From Octopus vulgaris (taxonomy: Eukaryota): a stretch of DNA of 64,000 bases. How positions within the stretch are numbered: position 1 is the first letter of the stretch; every line of letters starts with the position of its first letter. The DNA is taken from positions 60,946,001 to 61,010,000 of the forward strand of contig OX597819.1 of NCBI GenBank assembly GCA_951406725.2, in the 5' to 3' direction. Below, in pieces: positions 54,061 through 64,000 of the stretch. The position numbers were made by a program, and so were the translations under genes. Under the pieces are notes generated by a model. That model was not told where the DNA came from and did not search any database. It worked only from the letters and a program-made list of their open reading frames with translations.

Positions 54061-54430
54061 AAGGTAGCGAGCTGGCAGAAGCGTTAGCACGCCGGGCGAA
54101 ATGCTTCGCGGTATTTCGGCTGCCGTTACGTTGTGAGTTCAAATTCCGCCGAGGTCGACTTTGCCTTTCATCCTTTCGGGGTCGATAAATTAAGTACCAG
54201 TTACGCACTGGGGTCGATGTAATCGACTTAATACCTATGTCTGTCCTTGTTCGTCCCCTCTATGTTTAGCCCCTTGTGGGTAGTAAAGAAATAGGTATTT
54301 CAAATACCGTCGAGGTTGACTTCGCTTTTCATCCCTTCAAGGTTGATAAAAATTAGTAAAAACCAAGTACTGGGATCGATGTCATCAACTTGTCCCCTCA
54401 CCTCAAAAATTGCCGGCCTCGAACTCAGCA
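54061..54430 (+). mobile_element. SINE family C followed by a second partial unit
   Basis: Full C unit, then older short-tail remnant. Confidence 0.85.
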
Positions 54431-54645
54431 ACGGATCGGCGCCTCATTCAAAGGAATGTTCTCATCCCAGTCACTTATACGTCATAAAAACCAAGCAACC
54501 AGCCTTACGTGTCCTAGGTGGTCATGTCCACTTTTTTTCACGATCCCTTTTGATCGGAATTCCCCCCCCCTTTTCCCCTTTCTTCTTCCCAAAAAGAAAA
54601 GCTCTACTTTGTATTTTGTCCCTTCTGTGTTTAGCCCTGCGTGGC

Positions 54646-54721
<76 letters not shown>

Positions 54722-54739
54722 CATCTATCTATCTACGAC

Positions 54740-54900
54740 GATAGCGGTGGCGATTGCGACGACAACCATGGCAGCGGCGACTGCGACGACGACCATGGCA
54801 GCGGCGACTGCGACGACGACGATGGCATCCGCGGCGGCAACGACGACTGCGGCAACGACGACTGCGGCAACGACGACTGCGGCAAAGACGACGACGTCGA
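54740..54900. repeat. GC-rich (GACGAC/GCGGCA) tandem repeat
   Basis: 27-bp and 15-bp units; explains the Ala/Thr-rich ORF. Confidence 0.85.
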
Positions 54901-55591
54901 TGGCACCATCAGCAATATCAAGAACAAGAGCCACATCAGAATTGGTGAAGCAACAGGGAAATCTTGATGGGGTCCCTGGAGCTGCCGGAGGAGAAAATGG
55001 AACCGAAAGCGTTGGTGGTGGCACGTTTGAAAATATAGTCCTAGTAATTCAAAAATGTCTGGGAGCAGGAAGGAACGGTCATGGTTGGCAAGTTCTTGAT
55101 CAAAGGTTTGCTTATTCAGGGCTGAGTTAATTCTAAACAGCAGCAACAACAACAACAAGAATAACAACGTCACCATCAGCATTGCATACAGTTCTCTTTC
55201 TGTAGAGTAAATCTGAAATACTTAATTAAAACATCTTTGTCTCTTAGGTCATCATCATCATCGTCGTCGTCGTCGTCGTGATCATCATCATCATCATCCT
55301 TATCACCACCATCATCATCGTCGTTGTCATCGTCATCATCATCATCATCAGTCGGGAACCATTCATCATCGTCTGTCAATGAGAACAGCTTCAGTTCGAC
55401 ATGAACGACCGCCCAAGAAGTTTACAGGAAATTAAAATTTAAGCCTATTCACATTGAAGATTCTCTCTTGAGCTGTTAAATTACCATTCTTTTATTAAAG
55501 AACCATCTTCTTTATTTCTCTCTCTCTCTCTCACTTTCTGTTTCTCTTCCCTGCTTCTCTTCCTTCCTCCACATACACACTCATACATACG

Positions 55592-55623
<32 letters not shown>

Positions 55624-55962
55624 ACACACGTTACCCTTTCGTAAAATACCATCTACCCTAAATTAATTGGAGCTGAAACAGAAAGCAGCTAATGACCATC
55701 AAGAAGCGAATGTAATGAACCCGAAAATTTTGGCATGGAGTCTATATTATCTCTATTGGACAGCGTATCTGCTTTCCCACTTCACCCTTGAACGGAATGC
55801 TATATATATGCACATACATATACGCTTATATATATGTGTATGTTTTGGGATATATATGTATATATACACATACACACATATATTCATGTGTGTTTGTTAG
55901 TATATGTATATATAAAGATATATATGTATACAGATATATAATCTATATGAATGTGTAATGCA

Positions 55963-56004
<42 letters not shown>

Positions 56005-56109
56005 TACTATATATATATATAATATGCTTGTTTATCTACATATGTATACCTACATAACTATGTATATATATATATATTTGTGTATATATATATATATATA
56101 TATTTAGCT

Positions 56110-56171
<62 letters not shown>

Positions 56172-56235
56172 ATACACATATGCACACATATACATACTAA
56201 CATGCTCACACAGACACATATATGTTTATAGTGAC

Positions 56236-56622
56236 AGAGTGGTAAGTAGTTTGCTTACCAACCACATGGTTCCGAGTTCATTCCCACTGCGGGGCAACTT
56301 GAGCAAATGTCTTCGACTATAGCCTCGGGCCGACCAACGCCTTGCGAGTGGATTTGGTGGACGGAAACTGAAAGAAGCTTGTCGTATATAATATATATAT
56401 ATATATACGTGTGTGTGTGTGTGTGTGTGTTTGTCCCCTCAACATTGCTTGACAACCGATGCTGGTGTGTTAACGTCCCTGTAACTTAATGGTTCGGCAA
56501 AAGATATCGATAAAAATAAATAACTGGGCTTACAAAGAATAAATCCAGGGGTCGATTCGCTCGACTAAAGGCGGTGCTCCAGCATGGCCACAGTTAAATG
56601 ACTGAAACAAGTAAAATAAAAA
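56236..56622 (+). mobile_element. SINE family B
   Basis: Family B core and tail. Confidence 0.85.
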
Positions 56623-57082
56623 GAGAAAATACACATAATATAGATTTCCATACATACAGAGACACGAATCCATAATTGCAAATACACACACAATACATAG
56701 GCGCGCAGGCACAAGAGAAAGTCTACTTAATCTTTTGAGCCCATAACACCGGTTTACCGGTGGATGGCCAATTTTTCTCTATACCACCGATGGAATGCCA
56801 GGTGTATGGTAAAATAAGGTTCAGGAGGTCCGGGCTTAAAGGGTTAAACCCCATCTTGTGTGTTATTGTCATCTATAATTCCTGTTCACCGTATTTTCTC
56901 ACACCCTGTAATTTCACCTGTTCACATCCGCTTCTTTTTTATTCGTTTTCTATATCCTTGCCTTTGATTGCGTTTCTGACATTCTCACTCTTTCACCTAT
57001 GAATACTCCTCTCTCTATATATATATCAATATATATATTTTTCCCTGTTCCGTTTACTCCTATTAATATTTTTTTACTTTCT

Positions 57083-57490
57083 AAGGCGGCGAGCTGGCAG
57101 AATCGTTAGGGCGCTGGGCGAAATGCTTAGTGGTATTTCGTCTGCCGCTACGTTCTGAGTTCAAATTCCGCCGAGGTCGACTTAACCCGTTTGTCTGTCC
57201 TTGTTTGTCCTCTCTGTGTTTAGCCCCTTGTGGGTAGTAAAGAAATAGCTATTTCGTCTGCCGTTACATTCTGACTTAAAATTCCGCTGAGGTCGACTTT
57301 GTCTTTCATCCTTTCGGGATCGATAAATTAAGTACCAGTTGCGCACTGGGATCGATGTAATCGATTTAATCCCTTTGTCTGTCCTTGTTTGTCCCCTCTA
57401 TGTTTAGCCCCTTGTGTGTAATAAAGAAATAAGAAACGTTAGCACGCTGGGCGAAATGCTTAGCGGTATTTCGTCTGCCTTTACATTGTT
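57083..57490 (+). mobile_element. SINE family C tandem array
   Basis: Repeated units joined at GAAATAG(C/G)TATTTC or GAAATAAGAAACG. Confidence 0.85.
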
Positions 57491-57970
57491 AGTTTGATAA
57501 ATCGACCATAGTACTTATTTCTTTTTTAAAGCCTGGTACTAACGGTATTGGTCTCTTTTGACAAACAGCTATGTTACGGGGACGTAAACACACCAACACC
57601 TGTTGTCAAGCAGTGATAGGAGACAAACACATACACACACACGCGACAGGCTTCTTTCATTTTACGTTTACGAAATCCTACTGGAAAGCTTTGGTCGGCA
57701 GCCACTTCCCAAAGGTGCCACACAGTGGGACTGAACCCGGAACCATGTAGTTGGGCAATAAACGTCTTACAACACTGTCACGCTCGCGTCCAACATGCTA
57801 CCGTTTTTTAATTGCACTGTATATTTATATCTTTTAGTGTTTTTCGTTCTGCTAAGTTAGCGAAGAAGGAATATTAAAGGCTTATGAAACAAAGTTTCCT
57901 TCGTAATAACCCGTGTTGAAAAAGCATGGAACCGAAAAATTTCTGGATTAATAACAAATATATATATATA

Positions 57971-58700
57971 CAGGGTGCGAGAAAAGTAAGTCGGTATTTA
58001 AAATTGGTAATGAAATCCATATTCCTTTTGCAAATTATTGAAACAAATGATACATGTTCTTTATTACATGGGAAGATGAAAGTAAAACTTCATATTTCAA
58101 CGTAAGCACCAGTGGCGTCAACCATTTTCCTCGAACGGCCAGGGATGGAATGAACAATCTTTTGAAAGATGTCGTCTGGGATATCATTGAGAACCTCCTG
58201 AATCCGTGTCTTCAAGTCCTCCAGTGTGCGAGGTTTGTCTTGTACACCGTTTTTGTGTAACGCCACAGGTAAAAATCACATGGAGTGAGTTCTGGACTTC
58301 TGAGGTCACAGTCTTTAGGTATTAGCTCCTGCATGTAATGGGGTTTCCACGGACAAAAATTGAATTCTTTATGCAACACCGTACATAATGTGTGTCTTGC
58401 TGGTCCACTTTCACGAGCTGCTTGATGTGTTGGTTTTTGCGGGTTGCGATTAAACATTTGCTGCCCTGTTGCCACGTTCTCCGCTGATTGGGATGTGGTT
58501 GGATGGCCACTTCTTATTGCATCGTTCACAGAGCCCGTGGTTATCAGCTTTGCATGACAACTTTTTATTGTATCCAGACGTAGTGTTGCATGCTTACCTT
58601 TCCATGCACGCCACCATCTTTGAACCAAAACAATAGTATTCCACACTTCATAGCGTACTGCTATCCTAGCTCGCTCCTGAACAGTCAAGCGACAGACCTG
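57971..58700 (-). mobile_element. Tc1/mariner-superfamily (Tc3/rosa-like) element with deleted catalytic core
   Basis: ORF 58212..58688: HTH region with TGSVND..RSG.P joined directly to RSPELTPCDFYLW; TA-CAGGGTG terminus at 57971. Confidence 0.8.
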
Positions 58701-58911
58701 GAAAATAAGAAATAAGAAATCCCCATTAGTGTTGTCTGTATAAAAAATAATCTAGTTATTACTACAGTGATACTAAAAATTCTATAAGCAATTTCTAATG
58801 CCTAGCAATTTTCCACCCATTCTGTATAATGGGCTCGACTTAAGCGACCATTTACTGTCTCTACAAAATTAGTAGAAGAAGCTAATCGAGTTGAGAGAGA
58901 GACATTACGTG

Positions 58912-59520
58912 AAGGCGGCGAGCTGGCAGAAACGTTAGCACGCCGGGCAAAATGCGTAACGATATTTCGTCTGCCGCTACGTTCTGAGTTCAAATTCCGA
59001 CGATGTTGACTTTGCCTTTCATCCTTTCGGGGTCGATTAAATAAGTACCAGTTACGCACCGGGGTCGATATAATCGACTTAATCCGTTTGTCCTTGTTTG
59101 TCCTCTCTGTGTTTAGCCCCTTGTGGGTAGTAAAGAAATAGAAATAGGTATTTCGTCTGCTGCTACGTTCTGAGTTCAAATTCTGCCGAGGTCGATTTTG
59201 CCTTTCATCCTTTCGGAGTCGATTAAATAAGTACTAGTTGCGCACTGGGGTCGATATAATCGACTTAATCCATATGTCTGTCCTTGTTTGTCCTCTCTGT
59301 GTTTAGCACGTTGTGGGTAGTAAAGAAATAGGTATTTCGTCTGCCGTTACGTTCTGAGTTCAAATTCCGCCGAGGTCGACTTTGCCTTTCATCCTTTCGG
59401 GGTCGATTGAATAAGTACCAGTTACGCACTGGGTTCGATGTAATCGACTTAATCCGTTTGTCTGTCCTTGTTTGTCCCGTCTATGTTTAGCCCGTTGTGG
59501 GCAATATATAAATAAGAAAC
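58912..59520 (+). mobile_element. SINE family C trimer
   Basis: One head plus three ~185-bp bodies in direct tandem. Confidence 0.9.
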
Positions 59521-60026
59521 GAAATTCCTGTTCATCTTGAAGGGTCATTGCCAAGATGCGCATTTAACTCACAATCGGACCACGGTAGTAAACTCCCGAA
59601 ATGTCCATGAATGGGTTTTTTTACCTAATTTTTTTGAACTATCTTACGCTCATTAGACTTCGACCTACCAAGAATTGCTTTAAAATGAAAACGACCTATT
59701 TTGATATATTTTTAATTGAGGAATGCAAAAGTTTTTTAGTTGATTGACATGCTCTAGAGATACATTTTGACCGCCTAATTTTGTCGATTTGTATATACCT
59801 TTGCTTGACAGGCCTTTCTATATATTTTGGATACCTTCTGTGCTTTTATACATGCATTCCTTTTATATGTTGAAGGCCATGATAATGTTTATATATGATA
59901 AAATGTATGGAAGCGTGGTGTTATATAAAGTCGTTGTTCGCTAGTCAATGTTATATATGTGACCGCGTGTGTATCGTTGGCAATTTTTTCCTCCGTCTTC
60001 ACTTCCTTGGATCTTTCTTTTCCTAT

Positions 60027-60061
60027 GTTTCTGACGAAGAGCTCGGCTCGAAACGTTAAAT
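60027..60061 (+). ncRNA. Minimal hammerhead ribozyme in a PLE-like tail (about 59950-60150)
   Basis: GTTT-CTGACGA-A-GAGC-tcg-GCTC-GAAA-CGTT-AAAT; palindromic AACGTT; tail ends in (TA)n. Confidence 0.65.
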
Positions 60062-60154
60062 CCTCCTTCTTTCTTTCCTTTCCTGAGCGTCCAATAACAC
60101 TATACTTGTTCCACGTTTCGCGTTGTGTTTTCATGTTTGGATTAACTAATATAT

Positions 60155-60186
<32 letters not shown>

Positions 60187-60218
60187 CATTATACATTATA
60201 TATACATATATGTATATA

Positions 60219-61569
60219 CAGTGGCGGCCAAAATGTTCAGAACGGCATTGTTTTCGTCAGAAAAGTAGATATAATTTTTTATCAAAGACGTTTTATATTC
60301 TATAATTTTCACAGACAATAAATACGATATTATTTGTTATTGCTTGAGATTTTGGTATAATTTGAGAGGATAATACAAAAGTTATGGATAATTTAGTGAT
60401 TTACTGCAAAACCCATGGCGGCCAAAATGATCAGAACGGTTGCTTTTACTCCGTGTTTTAGTATATTTAACCGGCGAACTCTAATGTTTTGAATTTGTTT
60501 ACGTGACGGTTCGTTTACTAAACATTAGTAAGGATATTTGCAGTGTACTTTGTTAATATAATGCCACTTACTCCGTTACCAATTCGTCAGCAGATTAAGC
60601 TTCGAAGGAAGGATAATTTAAGTATTGGATCTATTGCAAAGATTGTTAACAAGTCAAAAAGTGTTGTACACGGTATTCTTAAGGTCTACGATGATTGTGG
60701 TTCGTGTGAAGTAAGAAAATTTACAGGTAAGCCAAGAATAACGACCAAGAGAGAAGATCGTGCTATGGTAAAGTTGGTTAAAAGGACAGATTTAAAACTG
60801 CTGCTGCTGTTTCTCGGAAAATGAACATTGTATTGAAGAAAACTTTATCTCGAAAAACTGTGTCTCGTCGTTTAGTTGAACATGACCTACAAGCAAGAGC
60901 ACCTGCAGTGAAGCCACTGATCAGCTCCAAGAATAAAAAGTGTCGTCTTACCTTTGCAACCAAACATGTGTTGTGGTCTCAAGAAAAATGGCAAACGGTG
61001 CATTTCAGTGATGAATCTAAGTTTATGTTATTTGGCTCAGATGGGAAAAGGTACGTTCGTAGAAAAGTAGGTGAAAAATTGTCGCCTAAATGCCTTAAGA
61101 CTAGTGTTAAATTCGGTGGAGGAAGTGTCATGGTTTGGGGGATGATATCTGGAGATGGTGTGGGCCCTTTGGCGCGATTACATGGAAAGGTAAATGCAGG
61201 AGTTTATAAACAACTTGTAAAAGATCATGTCTTGCTTGTGCTGAGAAATTCAACTAAGCGACCACCCATAATCATGCAGGACAATGCCCCATGTCACAAG
61301 GCTAAGGTGGTCATGAACTTTCTCAAGTTCATTATTTTATTTTTTCAACCGTTCTGATCATTTTGGCCGCCATGGGTTTTGCAGTAAATCACTAAATCAT
61401 CCATAAGTTTTGTATTATCCTCTCAAATTACACCAAAATCTCAGACAATAACAATTAATATTGTATTTATTGTCTGTAAAAATTATAGAATATAAAACTA
61501 CTTTAATAAAAACTTATACTTACTTTTCTGACGAAAACAATGCCATTTTGAACATTTTGGCTGCAACTG
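60219..61569 (+). mobile_element. Tc1-like transposon, IR/DR type, non-autonomous
   Basis: About 225-bp TIRs (CAGTGGCGGCCAAAATG / CATTTTGGCTGCAACTG) with inner DR TGGCGGCCAAAATGATCAGAACGG; TA TSD. Confidence 0.95.
60561..61327 (+). pseudogene. Tc1 transposase, frameshifted and C-terminally deleted
   Basis: GKPRITT, FSDESKF, KFGGGSVMVWG, MQDNAPCH; frameshift near 60785; SPDLNPIE (catalytic E) missing. Confidence 0.9.
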
Positions 61570-61584
61570 TATATATCATCACGT

Positions 61585-61883
61585 CATCACGTGACCGACC
61601 AGTCCATCAGATGTAGTTACACATCGCTGGTCACAATGCGTTCGCATTGTTTTAGCCTTCGAATGACGTCACCCCGCTGGTTAAGCGAGCAGGCCAACAG
61701 ACGAAAGAGTGAGAGAAAGAGTTATGAAAGAGTACAGCAGGGATCACCACCCCCTGCCAGAGCGTCGTGGAGCTTTTAGGTATTATCGCTCAATAAACAC
61801 ACACAACGCCCGGTCTGGGAATCGAAACCGCGATCCTACGACCGCGAGTCCGCTGCCCTAACCACTGGGCCATTGCGCCTCCA
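61585..61883 (-). mobile_element. SINE family A
   Basis: Reverse complement of GGAGGCGCAATGGCCCAGTGGTTAGGGCAGCGG head. Confidence 0.9.
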
Positions 61884-62017
61884 CTATGTATGTATGTATG
61901 TATGTATGTATGTATGTATATTATACACACACATACATACATATATATATATTATACACACACATACATACATACATATATGTATATATATATATATATA
62001 TATATACATATACACAC

Positions 62018-62108
<91 letters not shown>

Positions 62109-62315
62109 CATTATACACACACACACACATACATAATATATATATGATGTGTTAAAAAAATAGTATTGAACCTTGGGAGGGGTATTATCTCGGTAATAAT
62201 AAACACATGCACTGGTTCAGTCTTTTATTGTTATTGTTCAGTATTGTTCATGTTCTTTCAATTTTTTTTGTCAGATAATTATTTCATCGCATTGTGACAC
62301 GTCTCTGTACTATAT

Positions 62316-63490
62316 ATGGAGTCATCCCATAAATAATGCAGCTTTTTTATACTTATTTTATTTTTCAAAATCAAAATAAAGTTCTTTTTAATTTAAAATA
62401 TACTCTCTTTCATTTTCTACAATACTCTTCTATCTATCTCGTAGACTTGCAATGCCCCTTTTCTAAAATTCACTTGTCCATGACGAGTACTGTTCTGACC
62501 TGGTCTACAGAATTCATATTTTTTCCGTCCAAATGATTTTGAAGACTGCGGATTAAATGATCATCAGATGGGGCAGTGTCTGGTGAATATGGTTGGTGGG
62601 GCATCGTTTCTCATTCAAACTGCTCCAGCCTTAGGAACGTCATTCTCGCTGAATGTGACAGAGTATTACCTTATGTCTTTAAACCAAAATGGTCGTTTTT
62701 CTTCCAGCACTGACGTACACCGCTTAAACTGCTCGTAGTAGATCTCACTTGTTATCGTTTGGTTTGGATTTAAAAGTTCAAAATGGACTAAACCTTCCAT
62801 ATCCCACCAAACAGATAACAACTTACGTAGATGAAGACTTTCCTTAGCCTGGGGTGCCGGTGTTTCTCCTTTACCTACCTACTGTCTTCGGCACTTGACA
62901 TTTTTATAAAAAACTCATTTCTCGTTACCAGTCACTATTCGTTCCAAAAATGTTCATTCGTGAAACGTGACAGCAAAGAAGAGTACACATTCGCCCTCTG
63001 TGCGCTGTTAGAAAGTTTGTGAGGAACCCATTGACCCAATTTGCAGACTTTTCCGATAGCTCACAGGTGTCGACGAATGGTTAAATGGCCAGATCCAAGC
63101 TTCTCTGCTAGTTCCTCAACTGATACGATAGGATTTTGTTCCACCGGGGTTTTCAGGACGTCCACGTTGAGCTCTACAGATCTTCCAGAACGAGGCTCGT
63201 GTTCTAGACTGAATGTCTGGAACTACCGTTGACATTGGGTTGCGTTCGATGTCCGATCCCCATATATTGCATTAATATTCCTCGAACTTTCCGTTGCATT
63301 GTTGCTTTTATTGAACTCATAAAGAAAAATATGCCGAATATGCTACTTTGTCACTTCCATTATAGCTTTGAAAATATAACTGTTAAAATCGAACTGCACC
63401 TTTCAAAACTTACACAGTGAATAAGTACACAGTGAAATTACTACCAACTTTTATAGCAGGTTGATGCTGGTAGATTATTCCGTCCCCCTC
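62316..63490 (-). mobile_element. Decayed mariner (DD34D) transposon
   Basis: Minus strand EPRSGR, WVPHKLS, IVTGNEK and PYSPDTAPSDDHL motifs with stops. Confidence 0.85.
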
Positions 63491-63496
63491 TGGCTT

Positions 63497-63537
<41 letters not shown>

Positions 63538-63541
<4 letters not shown>

Positions 63542-63792
63542 TAGAAGGTTTGGAGATGATGTACGGGTATTATATATTAGAAGAAGTGAGGTACTCAGAA
63601 ATCCGGATGGTTTTATATTTACAGATATTTATTAGTCTTACATGTTTTATATATTATGTTTTTATGTTTTCCAGTTTCAGCTCTTGAGCTGTGGCCATGC
63701 TGGGGCACCGCCATATGATGTATAAAAACATGTAACATACTAATAAATATCTGTAAGCATAAAACCATCCGGATTTCTGTGTACCTCATTTC

Positions 63793-63803
<11 letters not shown>
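63538..63803. mobile_element. Fold-back element in (TA)n
   Basis: Inverted arms about 63571-63652 / 63720-63803, one-sided extension 63538-63570; spacer carries a SINE-B-like tail motif. Confidence 0.75.
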
Positions 63804-63833
<30 letters not shown>

Positions 63834-64000
63834 TCTTTTACTCTTTTAGTTGTTTCAGTCGACTGTGGGCGTGCTGGAGCACCGCCTTTAGTCTAGCAAA
63901 TCGACCCCCGGACTTATTCTTTGTAAACTTAGTACTTAGTCTATCGGTCTCTTTTGCCGAACCACCGCTAAGTTACGGGGACGTAAACACACCAGCATCG
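63834..64000 (-). mobile_element. SINE family B 3' part (runs off window)
   Basis: Reverse complement of the family B tail. Confidence 0.85.

Noticed and set aside
54390-55130. 246-aa mucin-like ORF
   Set aside because: Runs through a SINE remnant, (CT)n(TA)n, a GC tandem repeat and a family D repeat; no splice or domain support.
58912-59520. CRISPR-like or ribozyme-bearing array
   Set aside because: Units are near-identical SINE bodies without unique spacers; no CTGANGA/GAAA hammerhead fold found in the unit.

Overview
AT-rich, microsatellite-dense eukaryotic DNA with no recognisable intact host gene (intergenic or large intron). The SINE repertoire looks like an Octopus (coleoid cephalopod) genome; this is inferred from recognising the repeats, not from a search. 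Content: three abundant tRNA-related SINE families (often nested or tandem), decayed LINEs (Tx1/L1-like, R4/Dong, RTE, CR1-group), decayed Tc1/mariner elements and MITEs, and a 100-N gap at 40813-40912. Most ORFs in the track are microsatellite read-throughs. The most notable layer is a set of Penelope-like (PLE) derived, mostly (TA)n-embedded fold-back elements carrying minimal hammerhead ribozymes (HHR). It includes a 4.2-kb near-perfect palindrome (25323-29543) with one HHR near each outer end, and a 320-bp element (50916-51235) combining a Pol III tRNA head, an HHR, an inverted terminus and a perfect 10-bp TSD. Coordinates were read by eye; repeat boundaries are approximate.
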